Of a stretch of DNA of 64,000 nucleotides, positions 20,061 through 29,384 are shown piece by piece. Under the pieces are notes generated by a model that worked only from the letters and a program-made list of their open reading frames with translations, was not told where the DNA came from and did not search any database. Numbering within the stretch: the stretch's first letter is position 1; each line of letters opens with the position of its first letter. The translations under genes were made by a program, and so were the position numbers. The DNA is from an uncultured Methanosarcinales archaeon. Lineage in GTDB: Archaea; Nanobdellota; Nanobdellia; Woesearchaeales; CAYVYK01. The stretch covers positions 62,001 through 126,000 of the forward strand of contig CAYVYK010000003.1 in assembly GCA_964455675.1 (NCBI GenBank), given 5' to 3'.

Positions 20061-20522
20061 TTATTCACGAACTTCGTGCGGAGCAACATAGGAGGCAATC
20101 CTCGCCGCAACGCCTCTCAACTCCTCAGGGGAGGTTGGACGCGGAACACAGTCTTCCACTCCATACATCCTTCGCATGAAGGTGTCCATCCGGTCATTTG
20201 TTCTGTCCGTGAACACAATCGGACGAACCTGCCGCTGCTGAATACGCTCTTTCATCAGTTCCAACAGGCGGTACCCTCCACCGTAATGATCTGTTGTGGA
20301 GTCAGCGTCCAGGGGAAGAGGGATATCCATCACCACGATATGGGGATTGTGTGTGGCAAGCAATTGCTCGGCAGCCGCGACAGAAGATGCCTCATATACT
20401 TTACACCCATCACCGCACGCTTCGCGGACTAACCTCCCTAGTTCCTCATGGGGACGGGGTCTACCTTGAACCAGCAGCACCCCATTCGTTCCACCCTTGA
20501 AGTTGTTACCCTCACAATACAT
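20061..20522 (-). CDS. Stand-alone atypical response-regulator receiver domain
   Basis: VLLV..., A.S...A, PHIVVMDI.LP, G..LL, IVFT, G....V.RP..PEEL. Confidence 0.7.
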   Translation of the reverse strand: MYCEGNNFKGGTNGVLLVQGRPRPHEELGRLVREACGDGCKVYEASSVAAAEQLLATHNPHIVVMDIPLPLDADSTTDHYGGGYRLLELMKERIQQRQVRPIVFTDRTNDRMDTFMRRMYGVEDCVPRPTSPEELRGVAARIASYVAPHEVRE

Positions 20523-20627
20523 AGGAGAGCGGATTCTTTGAACATTTAAAAACGTTGTGCAGAGGATTTCTGTATTTTCCCAGCATTCAAAACAAAGTAT
20601 AAAAAGAACTCACGCGTACCACTCCGT

Positions 20628-21206
20628 ATGATGCTCTCACTATCACGTTTTGAGGTTAAGGAACTCCTCAAAGCCTGGATTGCGCTGTCGCTTGCCTTCG
20701 CAATAGCCATGCGAACGAGCTGGAACATCCTTCCACTCCTTGGAATCACTCTCTTTACGGTTGGAGCAGGTTTTGTTGTGCACGAGCTCGCGCACAAGTT
20801 CGTCGCTGGCCACTTTCGTCTTAAAACGGAGTTTAGGGCAAACACCATGATGCTTCTCTTCGCCCTCGCGACTTCACTAGTAGGATTCATCTTTGCGGCT
20901 CCAGGAGGAGTATACTTCTCTGGCATGACAACCAAAGACCGATATGGCAAGATATCCCTTTCAGGACCTGCAGCAAATATCGTGCTCGCATTCGTCTTTC
21001 TTGCTGTGCACTTTCTTTCCACTGGGGGGCTTTCGCTCATCGGGCTCTATGGGTATCACATTAACGCATTCCTTGCGCTCTTTAATCTCCTGCCGCTCCC
21101 AGGGTTTGACGGAGCAAAAGTGTACTCTTGGAACAAGGCCTGGTTCTTTGTAGCGATCGTGCTCGCAGGAGCGATGACCTTTGCCGCGTACCTCCTCGGT
21201 GCGTGA
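20628..21206 (+). CDS. Site-2 protease (M50) Zn-dependent membrane protease
   Basis: HELAH, GP..N, NLLP...FDG. Confidence 0.92.
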   Translation: MMLSLSRFEVKELLKAWIALSLAFAIAMRTSWNILPLLGITLFTVGAGFVVHELAHKFVAGHFRLKTEFRANTMMLLFALATSLVGFIFAAPGGVYFSGMTTKDRYGKISLSGPAANIVLAFVFLAVHFLSTGGLSLIGLYGYHINAFLALFNLLPLPGFDGAKVYSWNKAWFFVAIVLAGAMTFAAYLLGA

Positions 21207-21210
21207 ACCG

Positions 21211-24090
21211 ATGATCACTCGCAAGCAGCAACCGGATGCTGAAACAATCCTCCGGGGAATACTACACCCTATTGTTGAACGGTGGTTTTTCTCTCGATTC
21301 ACAGAGTTCAGCCTACCGCAAAGGTACGGAGTACTTGAGATCCACAGCAGGAAGAACATTCTTGTCAGCGCACCGACCGGCGCAACCAAAACACTCACCG
21401 GGTTTCTTGCGATCCTGAATGAACTTATCGACTGCGACGAGAAAGGAATTCTCCAGGACAAGGTCTACTGTGTGTATATCAGTCCTCTCAAGGCTCTAAA
21501 CGAAGACATCAGAGTGAACCTAACTGAGCCACTAAAGCAAATGGAAGAACTCTCAGGGAAAAAACTCAACATCCGCGTGGCAGTAAGGACCGGCGACACA
21601 ACTGCTACAGAAAAGGCGAAGATGCTCAAGCATGTTCCGCACATTCTCATCACGACGCCAGAGAGCCTTGCAATCATGCTCTCAGCGCCAAAATTCCGGA
21701 CACACCTCCAGAATATTGAATGGTGCATCATCGACGAGATCCATGCGCTCGCCGACAGCAAGCGCGGAGTACACCTCTCAATCAGCCTTGAGCGGCTGCA
21801 CTACCTTGCAGCCCACATGTGCCGCGTCGGGCTCAGCGCAACTGTCGCGCCCCTCGATGAGGTCGCGAAATTTCTCGTGGGCAGCGGGCGTGACTGCACG
21901 GTCATCGATGTCCAGTTCATCAAACAACTCGACCTTAAAGTACAAAGTCCCGTGAAAGATTTGATCAACAGCTCACACGAAGAACAGAGGAACGCCCTTT
22001 ATACACTCATGGATGAACTTATTCAGCAGCATAAGACAACACTCATCTTCACAAACACCAGGTCAGCAACGGAGCGTGTCGTTCACCACCTCAAGGAACG
22101 ATTCCCAAAAAATTACACTGACAATATCGGAGCGCATCATGGCAGCCTCTCAAAAACATTACGGCACCACATTGAAGACCGGCTGAGGCAGGGAACCCTT
22201 AAAGCCGTCGTATGCTCAACAAGCCTGGAACTTGGCATTGATATTGGATACATCGACCTTGTCATATGCCTTGGAAGCCCCAAGTCCGTCGCGCGGACGC
22301 TCCAGCGCATTGGAAGAAGCGGGCACCGTTTGCACGATACAACAAAAGGCCGAATCATCGTCATGGACCGCGACGACCTCATCGAATGCTCCGTCCTCCT
22401 GAAGCTTGCGATCGAAAGGAAGATTGACGAGATCCACATTCCGAAGCTCGCTCTCGATGTTCTTGCGCAACAAATTGCTGGCATGGCAGTCGAACAAGTA
22501 TGGGAAGAGACACAACTTTATGATATCGTCAGAAAAAGTTATTGCTACGAACACCTTCCCTTAAAGGACTATGAGGACATACTCGCGTATCTTGCCGGAG
22601 AACACACGAGCCTTGAGGAACGGCATATCTATGCCAAGATATGGAGGAAGGACGGAAGGATTGGTCGTCGCGGCAAGATGGCGCGCGTCATCTACATGAC
22701 TAATGTAGGAACAATCCCTGATACCACTGGTGTCCTCGTCAAAGTTGGAGAGCAAACCGTCGGCAGCATTGATGAGGCGTTCCTTGAGCGTCTACGACCA
22801 GGAGACGTTTTTGTCCTCGGCGGAGAAGTATATGAATTCAAATTCAGCAGGGGAATGGTTGCACAAGTGAAGGCATCAGTGAACAGACCTCCGACAGTGC
22901 CCTCATGGATTTCCGAGATGCTACCGCTATCATACCATCTGGCTCTCGAGATCGGTCGCTTCCGGAGGCTCATGCTTGAACGGATCAACCACGATGAGAA
23001 AGAAACGCTCGCGTTCATCCATAGCTATCTCTACGTCGACCAAAAAGCAGCTAGCGCAATTTATGCCTACTTCAAGGACCAGTATGACTACACACATGAA
23101 CTACCACACGACAAGCAAATCATCGTTGAGAACATCGAGGATGAGGGGACGAGGAGAGTCGTGTTTCACAGCCTCTTTGGACGGCGTGTCAATGACTGCC
23201 TCAGCAGGGCTGTTGCGTTTGCCATCGCACGAACACAGCATCGAGATGTCGATATTAGCATGAATGATAACGGATTTGTTATAAGCTGCCAAAAAAAGGT
23301 TGATGTGCTGCGTGCACTCCAGATGCTCCGATCAGACAAATTTGCCTCGGTCATGGAAACTGCGATCGATTCCTCAGAAGTGTACAAGCGCAGGTTTCGG
23401 CATTGCGCAGAGCGGTCCATGATGATTCTTAAAAGTTACCGTGGAAGACAGAGGAAGACAGGCAGACAGCAGGTGTCATCAGGGATTCTCATGAGCCATC
23501 TTCGAAGAATCGATGAAAAATTCTTCATCCTGCGGGAAGCGAAACGGGAAGTACTTGAAGATCTGATGGACATCGGAAATGCCACTTCAGTCCTTGCCGG
23601 CATCGAGGAGAAGAAGATCAAAATCAAAGAAATAACAACCGGTATCCCAAGCCCATTTGCGTTCAACCTTGCACTGATGGGAATCGTGGATGTGCTCAAG
23701 ATCGAAGACAAAGTTGAATTCTTACGAAGAATGCACGAGCAGATCATGGCCAAAATCGCGCTCAAGCAGGGACGTAAAACGCCCAAGGCAATTGCTACAC
23801 CTTCCACCATCGACTATGAATCTCTCTGGAGAAGAGAGGACGAAGCACAGGAACAAGCAGCACGCGACCATCGGGACACTCTGCATGAGGAACTGCACGC
23901 TATGGCACGAAAGCATACGCTCCCAGACCGGACAGTTGTCTCGCTCCTCGCGCTCATCTCCGGATCAGACGAGATCAGCCCTCCAGTGCTCCGTGAGATC
24001 AAGACACACATCAAGGAGATTGAGGAACACTGGCCTGAAGGACTCAAAGAATTTATCCTTCGCCGCATTAAAGAGCTTGAAGATACCTAG
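21211..24090 (+). CDS. lhr: Lhr-like ATP-dependent SF2 helicase
   Basis: SPLKAL, TGDT, TTPESL, DEIH, SAT, HHGSL, SLELGID, QRIGRSGH; start re-assigned to ATG 21211. Confidence 0.93.
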   Translation: MITRKQQPDAETILRGILHPIVERWFFSRFTEFSLPQRYGVLEIHSRKNILVSAPTGATKTLTGFLAILNELIDCDEKGILQDKVYCVYISPLKALNEDIRVNLTEPLKQMEELSGKKLNIRVAVRTGDTTATEKAKMLKHVPHILITTPESLAIMLSAPKFRTHLQNIEWCIIDEIHALADSKRGVHLSISLERLHYLAAHMCRVGLSATVAPLDEVAKFLVGSGRDCTVIDVQFIKQLDLKVQSPVKDLINSSHEEQRNALYTLMDELIQQHKTTLIFTNTRSATERVVHHLKERFPKNYTDNIGAHHGSLSKTLRHHIEDRLRQGTLKAVVCSTSLELGIDIGYIDLVICLGSPKSVARTLQRIGRSGHRLHDTTKGRIIVMDRDDLIECSVLLKLAIERKIDEIHIPKLALDVLAQQIAGMAVEQVWEETQLYDIVRKSYCYEHLPLKDYEDILAYLAGEHTSLEERHIYAKIWRKDGRIGRRGKMARVIYMTNVGTIPDTTGVLVKVGEQTVGSIDEAFLERLRPGDVFVLGGEVYEFKFSRGMVAQVKASVNRPPTVPSWISEMLPLSYHLALEIGRFRRLMLERINHDEKETLAFIHSYLYVDQKAASAIYAYFKDQYDYTHELPHDKQIIVENIEDEGTRRVVFHSLFGRRVNDCLSRAVAFAIARTQHRDVDISMNDNGFVISCQKKVDVLRALQMLRSDKFASVMETAIDSSEVYKRRFRHCAERSMMILKSYRGRQRKTGRQQVSSGILMSHLRRIDEKFFILREAKREVLEDLMDIGNATSVLAGIEEKKIKIKEITTGIPSPFAFNLALMGIVDVLKIEDKVEFLRRMHEQIMAKIALKQGRKTPKAIATPSTIDYESLWRREDEAQEQAARDHRDTLHEELHAMARKHTLPDRTVVSLLALISGSDEISPPVLREIKTHIKEIEEHWPEGLKEFILRRIKELEDT

Positions 24091-24134
24091 GAATCCCCGA
24101 AAGATTTAACTAATAGGTCGCTTGAGGCTATCAC

Positions 24135-24557
24135 ATGGTCGCCGAGGTATTCATTGCGTTCGTTACGCACCCGATTGTACTCTCATGCTTTTTTGGATGG
24201 TTCATTGCGCAGTTCGCCAAATTCGTGATAGGCATCATCAAGCATCGCAAATTCATCCCGCAACTATGGGTTCAGCTCGGGGGAATGCCGAGCGCACACA
24301 GCGCTGTCGTTGCGGGCCTTGCAGCATCAGTCTATTTTCTTGAAGGCATCAGTACCGCGTTTCTCGTTAGCCTTATCCTAGCCGTCATCGTGATTCGGGA
24401 TGCCATGGGTGTTCGGATGGTTGTGGAAGAACTATCAAAGAAAGTCGACGCGCTCTCCTCACACCCCATGCACAGGAGAGTAGGACACACTCCCATGCAG
24501 GTTACCGTTGGCGTCATCATCGGAATACTCGTTGCAGCATTTGTACACTACATCTAA
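24135..24557 (+). CDS. Divergent PAP2 family (DUF212) membrane protein
   Basis: AQ..K, GGMPSAHSA, VIRDA.GVR, GHTP.QV..G. Confidence 0.92.
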   Translation: MVAEVFIAFVTHPIVLSCFFGWFIAQFAKFVIGIIKHRKFIPQLWVQLGGMPSAHSAVVAGLAASVYFLEGISTAFLVSLILAVIVIRDAMGVRMVVEELSKKVDALSSHPMHRRVGHTPMQVTVGVIIGILVAAFVHYI

Positions 24558-24659
24558 TCCGATATCTAATCCATCTGGATCCATTTCCCGAGAGACACGG
24601 GGGGGTCCTTGCACACGTCATAAGCATAGTGTGCTCTGTCTAACCACAATTCACCGTAT

Positions 24660-24968
24660 TCAGACAAGCGAGAGCAGCAAGGCTGCAACGGCAACAATCA
24701 CCGACCCAATCAGGGCATGTTTCATATCCTTTTGCTCGATACCCCACGCAAGAGAAGTCAAGAACAACGCTGAAAGCGCGACGATCTGGAATCGCTTGTC
24801 AAATGCAAGGACAGAAGCTATGCAGCATATTCCACCAAAGATTCCCATCGCCAATCTTGTGTACTTCCTTCCTGGAATGACCTCGGTGTGCGCAACCCTT
24901 GCCGCGACAAATCCCGCGAAGGATGAAATTCCGATGACAATCGCCGCTACCACATTTATAAGTATCAT
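24660..24968 (-). CDS. Small membrane protein
   Basis: Hydrophobic helices; ATGA overlap with the upstream gene; E...G.KY motif. Confidence 0.7.
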   Translation of the reverse strand: MILINVVAAIVIGISSFAGFVAARVAHTEVIPGRKYTRLAMGIFGGICCIASVLAFDKRFQIVALSALFLTSLAWGIEQKDMKHALIGSVIVAVAALLLSLV

Positions 24969-26023
24969 TTTGACCCCCTTGTCAATTCTTGGATCACATT
25001 CCGTAATGTACTCAATAACACACCGTTTCCATCTTGAGTATAGGACGCAAGGTTCCTTCGGTATTCACTTTCTTTACTCAAGAACTCACCTATCACCTCA
25101 CGTGATAAGTGCTGTGACACCATACCATACCCTCTCCTGTCAACTTCGTGGGCATTTAGTATCTGCTCGTACTGTAAGTGCAATGGGATTGCAAGAACTG
25201 GCTTCTTCAGATACACCGCTTCGCTGATCAAACTCAAGCCACCATTCGTGATTACCGCTTTGCATGACGCAAGATCATCAAAGTAGTCTTTGCCAAACAG
25301 GGGCTTCATAGTCACATTGTTGTCTATCCATTCTGGCCCCGGATGGTACACAATAAAATCCTGATCCTTCATGGATTTTAGCACGGGAAGAATAGAGGTG
25401 TACGAGTGACTTGTCTGATAGACGAACACACGATCCCCTTTCCTCTGTTTTGCATTCACAATTTCTGGCTGCACACAGGGAGGAACAAGGAACGTGCCGG
25501 GCTTCTTTGGCTCTCCAGAGAAAAAACCAGTGATAATATAACGGTCGGCCCTCGGAACATACCCTTTCGTCACGATCGTAGCCATCGCTTTGGTCACTGC
25601 ATAGCCCTTCGGCGACGATGATCTCACATTCGTAAGGATATGATGATTACCAAACGCGATCAATGGCACATGCAAGTCATATGCCACCTGAGCAACGATC
25701 GGCTCAAGATCGGTTATAACCACATCTGGTTTCCAGTCCTTCGCAAATTCTCTGATCGCACGGATTGATGATCGAAGAGCCGGATACTGCTTAATGTAAT
25801 CAAGAACCGACTTAACTGGGCGTATGCATAGGTCACCATAACTTAACTCGACACAGCTCACTCTTGTGATATCATTTGGATAGTGTCTACGCAACAAGTC
25901 ATAAGCTTTTAGACCTGCGCAGACATGCACCTCATGATCTCTTTTCAGTTCGTTAATCAATGTGATACCGCGCGTGGCATGTCCAAGCCCCCCGCCCTGT
26001 ACGCCATACAGAATCCTCGCCAT
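24965..26023 (-). CDS. GT-B glycosyltransferase (MJ1255/VC2487-like)
   Basis: ILYGVQG.G.GHATR, PDVVITD.EP, NGG.SLISEA, EQ..NA. Confidence 0.9.
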   Translation of the reverse strand: MARILYGVQGGGLGHATRGITLINELKRDHEVHVCAGLKAYDLLRRHYPNDITRVSCVELSYGDLCIRPVKSVLDYIKQYPALRSSIRAIREFAKDWKPDVVITDLEPIVAQVAYDLHVPLIAFGNHHILTNVRSSSPKGYAVTKAMATIVTKGYVPRADRYIITGFFSGEPKKPGTFLVPPCVQPEIVNAKQRKGDRVFVYQTSHSYTSILPVLKSMKDQDFIVYHPGPEWIDNNVTMKPLFGKDYFDDLASCKAVITNGGLSLISEAVYLKKPVLAIPLHLQYEQILNAHEVDRRGYGMVSQHLSREVIGEFLSKESEYRRNLASYTQDGNGVLLSTLRNVIQELTRGSK

Positions 26024-26206
26024 ACCTTCCGATGGTATTTGACTTGTTTAAAAATTTATGCAGCTCTCATGACTGACACGATCCATAAGCATCCCGAGTA
26101 TTTTATGGTACCATACTAGACAGATGACATGGTAGATAACCAGATAGATAAAGAGTATTCGTAAGCTCAAGATAGATCATCGAGATAGACCATCGCGAGC
26201 ATTCCT

Positions 26207-26647
26207 CTACCACAAGAATATCCACGAAAGAATTGCCAACAGCAGAGAACCCACATAATACAATGGAACTTGCATGCGTCCAATTCCGATCCACGGATAC
26301 CACGCTGCGTCTTTTGGATTCCAACACTTCAGTCCCATCAGAGGATTCGCGAGAAACCACACAACATCTTCTACGACTAATCCAGAGAGGTACGCACTCA
26401 GCAAAATACCTAGTAGCTTGACGTTAAAACCTGACAGCGCCCAAGGAAGTACAAAAAGAAGTGGGTATGAAACAAAGAACAGCCAGAAATGATATGCGGT
26501 GAGAAGCGTATATTTTCCGACCTCAACTTTCCAACCCCTCTTTCCTTTATCCCAGGGACGATTCTCTTCAATTGTTGCTTCCCATATTCCGGTAGCTATC
26601 ATCGCAGCGTATATCACGAGAAATATTTGATAGACTTCCATGAACAA
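26207..26647 (-). CDS. Conserved membrane protein
   Basis: WE..IE....W, TAYH, EDVVWF..NP; several TM helices. Confidence 0.75.
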   Translation of the reverse strand: MFMEVYQIFLVIYAAMIATGIWEATIEENRPWDKGKRGWKVEVGKYTLLTAYHFWLFFVSYPLLFVLPWALSGFNVKLLGILLSAYLSGLVVEDVVWFLANPLMGLKCWNPKDAAWYPWIGIGRMQVPLYYVGSLLLAILSWIFLW

Positions 26648-26694
26648 CTCTGATCGGGAGGAGTATATATCTCTATTGATAGTATCTCACTAGC

Positions 26695-26856
26695 TCAGTA
26701 GAAGTCACAGAACATATTGTCCATCTCCCACTTGCTGAGCTTCTTCTTGTTCAAGTTGCTCAGGACGGACTTTTTGCCCTTTGACCCTGTCACTTCATCA
26801 AAGATGTACTCTTCTTCATTGTTGTCTTCGAGGGTGATGTCCAGCTCATCCGGCAT
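26695..26856 (-). CDS. Unannotated 53-aa small protein
   Basis: Manual translation MPDELDITLEDNNEEEYIFDEVTGSKGKKSVLSNLNKKKLSKWEMDNMFCDFY. Its initiation region GAGGTATAACTATG is identical to that of dnaK (12483-12496). Confidence 0.75.
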   Translation of the reverse strand: MPDELDITLEDNNEEEYIFDEVTGSKGKKSVLSNLNKKKLSKWEMDNMFCDFY

Positions 26857-26870
26857 AGTTATACCTCAAT

Positions 26871-26972
26871 GCAAATAAATTCCTGGGAGTATAACCAAAG
26901 GCCGTGGGGCCCTCGGTCAGCATCGGGGGGATGTTCTCGAGGAATGAGAATACACTACCCAGGAACATTTGC
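26871..26972 (-). ncRNA. Structured four-way-junction RNA (5' leader of the 53-aa ORF)
   Basis: Closing stem GCAAAU/AUUUGC + UUCCUGGG/CCCAGGAA + AGUGUA/UAUACU encloses three hairpins; G-U pairs favour the minus strand; TATA box upstream at about 26993-27003. Confidence 0.7.
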
Positions 26973-27037
26973 TACTGTCTAGTAGAAATAACTTATATAT
27001 AAATTTTTCTTTTTGTTAGTACTCTTGAGTAGTGTTT

Positions 27038-27631
27038 TCAGACTTTCAGAGTGCCGATGCTCCTCTGCAACCGATGGAGGAACTCATCCTTTCTTTCCAT
27101 CTTTTTAGTCGCTTCAGCAGCGAGTATGACAAGCCCTTTGTGATCCACAGCCCATTCATTGTCCTTCTTCACCACAGCCTCAATGGACTCATTACCAATT
27201 ATCTCGACAACTATTTTTCCGTGAAGTGCCATAATACCTGCTCGTTTCACGCCACCCCTTGCACACCACAAAAGAAGGGCGTCAGCATGACGCAAGCTCC
27301 TGCAGCACACATGAACAATAAATGACTCCATCTTGAACCATACCACGCCCTTTGACTCTTTTGCGATAACCTTTTTCAACGCTGAAACGCTTGGCCGTCC
27401 GTGCGTGACATACAACCAGTGCGTCTCGTTCTTACGCGCTGGATTCCTCGTTAAAAGAAGTACTCGACCCGAGCATGATGACGTCGTGAAATAATCTGGC
27501 AAGGCGTTGAGATTGCGAATTAATGGAGCAATCTTTAGGTCTATGCCACCCTTCTTACTCCTATCGGTCCGAAGTTGCAATCCGGCCTTTTGCTGATCAA
27601 AGCGGTCCATACACTCAGAAGAACTACGCAT
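27038..27631 (-). CDS. taw3: tRNA wybutosine-synthesizing protein 3 (TYW3/Taw3)
   Basis: D.SKKG.ID..I, YFTTSSCSGR, WL...H, I.HV.C. Confidence 0.92.
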   Translation of the reverse strand: MRSSSECMDRFDQQKAGLQLRTDRSKKGGIDLKIAPLIRNLNALPDYFTTSSCSGRVLLLTRNPARKNETHWLYVTHGRPSVSALKKVIAKESKGVVWFKMESFIVHVCCRSLRHADALLLWCARGGVKRAGIMALHGKIVVEIIGNESIEAVVKKDNEWAVDHKGLVILAAEATKKMERKDEFLHRLQRSIGTLKV

Positions 27632-28445
27632 GCTTAAATGATTTTTCCTGTATGAACACCCGCATACGCCTCACAAACTCTGTGGCTTCCTTATGATATG
27701 CATCAAACTGACTGCCAGAAATTTCCTTCAGCTGTCGATGAGTAATCAGCTTGGAAAGATTGTAGAACTTCCTCATCGTCACCGCATACCTATGCTCAAG
27801 AAGACCTTTTCTCACAAGGGTTGCCTCAAGCATGTCAGCAACATGATCAGGCGAAGGCGGAATCTCATTCATGCACATCAAGGACGCGTGAGCAGCATCG
27901 ATCACTGCCCAATACAAATCCAGCGTTCCCTGCAACAAATGCCATTTCGCATTATGCAGTGTTGCAGGAGCCCTGCCAAAATACACCCAGACACTCTCCA
28001 TTGTCGGACGAATTCTGCCCTGCTCTAGAAGCATCTGCATCGGCTCAAAAAAACCGGTATCAATGAGCGCAATACCATCACGCATGACATTGATCGCGAT
28101 AGGATCTCCACTCCTCAGCATCTCCCAGAATGTGCTCAGCTTCAACGTCGTGATGTGAAGCTTCTCGGAAACCTTGTGAATCAAACCTTGGATCACAATG
28201 CGATACGCCTCAACAGCCTCAGGAGTCATGATAATCTTTACATCATCCACGATCAAGAGGATATCAATATCGTCTGGAGGTGTATCAGTCTGCACCCTTG
28301 CGCGGCTCCCAAACAGCACTGCAGCACGCAAAAAGTTACCGAGTTCCTTGTGCGCAAGTTTCACAAACTGATACGCTGTATCCACGTGAGTCTTGTGATA
28401 CTTATGCGCGTTCGTCAGCTTACGCTCTTCTATTTTAAAGTCCAT
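27624..28445 (-). CDS. Minimal nucleotidyltransferase fused to a HEPN-like domain
   Basis: LFGS.AR....DDIDILLIVDD; C-terminal helical domain with LY.A....AHA.L and PPSP.H. Confidence 0.85.
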   Translation of the reverse strand: MDFKIEERKLTNAHKYHKTHVDTAYQFVKLAHKELGNFLRAAVLFGSRARVQTDTPPDDIDILLIVDDVKIIMTPEAVEAYRIVIQGLIHKVSEKLHITTLKLSTFWEMLRSGDPIAINVMRDGIALIDTGFFEPMQMLLEQGRIRPTMESVWVYFGRAPATLHNAKWHLLQGTLDLYWAVIDAAHASLMCMNEIPPSPDHVADMLEATLVRKGLLEHRYAVTMRKFYNLSKLITHRQLKEISGSQFDAYHKEATEFVRRMRVFIQEKSFKHA

Positions 28446-28562
28446 TGTCCCCGACAGATTCGTGCCAGCACGTTATATTAAGTTTTATCATCATTCGGGG
28501 ATGACAACTCATTGACTTCAAAGGTACGGAAATTTTATATGCTATTCTCACCTGGATAGTCC

Positions 28563-29261
28563 ATGATGACCTCATATTCGTTCATTGAACTCATCAAACT
28601 CTTTGTGGACTCAGGTCTCTATGACACTCTCCTTCCTTTCCTCCTCATTTTTGCGATCATGTTCGCCATTTTGATGAACACAAAAGTGCTGTCGAAGGAG
28701 AAAAACATTAATGCAGTCATCGCGTTTGTCCTTGGAATTTTTTTTGTCGCACCTCACATCTATGGATGGTATCCCTCGCAATATGATCCCGTCGCAATGA
28801 TTCACAAAGCAATACCCGGCGCAGCGGGATTCATGATGCTATTCCTTGGCTTTCTCATACTCCTCGGGCTATTTGGGGCGAAGACACCTGCATTTGCAGC
28901 GAACTTTGCATTTCCGGTCATTGGCCTAGGAGTCCTCATATTCCTCAACTGGGTGTTCGACGACGCGGGCATTGGACTCCTTCTCGTCTCGATTTCCCTT
29001 GTGCTCTTCGCGTTGTTCCGCGGGGGAAGCACAACAACCGGGGAGCAAAAGATCGCGGGCGGAATCAGTATCATCTCTTTCATGATCATCCTATACTACT
29101 TCGGAACCACCGTCGGATGGATTCATGGTACTCCCGAATGGATGAAAAATGACGAGATTCTCACATTCGCGGTTCTCTTCGCGATCTTTGGAGCAATCGT
29201 CGGCCTTGTTACTGGGGGAAGCGAAGAGGAACCATCACCAGCGCGCCCAGTACGCAGGTAA
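28563..29261 (+). CDS. Conserved multi-pass membrane protein
   Basis: D.LLPFLLIFAI.FAIL...K....KNIN.VIA pattern; many TM helices. Confidence 0.75.
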   Translation: MMTSYSFIELIKLFVDSGLYDTLLPFLLIFAIMFAILMNTKVLSKEKNINAVIAFVLGIFFVAPHIYGWYPSQYDPVAMIHKAIPGAAGFMMLFLGFLILLGLFGAKTPAFAANFAFPVIGLGVLIFLNWVFDDAGIGLLLVSISLVLFALFRGGSTTTGEQKIAGGISIISFMIILYYFGTTVGWIHGTPEWMKNDEILTFAVLFAIFGAIVGLVTGGSEEEPSPARPVRR

Positions 29262-29353
29262 CTTCTCTTCCACAAAAGTCCATCAATACTCCCAACCGTT
29301 GATTTTGCCCATTTCCGCAAAAATCGGGGTCTTAAGGCTATAGCACCCAAAGA

Positions 29354-29361
29354 TTTATAAA
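29354..29361 (+). promoter_or_regulatory. TATA box of the tRNA/RNA polymerase operon
   Basis: AAAGA-TTTATAAA about 25-30 nt before the hairpin RNA. Confidence 0.7.
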
Positions 29362-29384
29362 GCACTTCCAAAACCCTTGCACAA

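Noticed and set aside
24552..24660. Short ATCTAATCC repeats and small hairpins between convergent genes
   Set aside because: Too short and irregular for a CRISPR array or an ncRNA call; compatible with terminators or chance.
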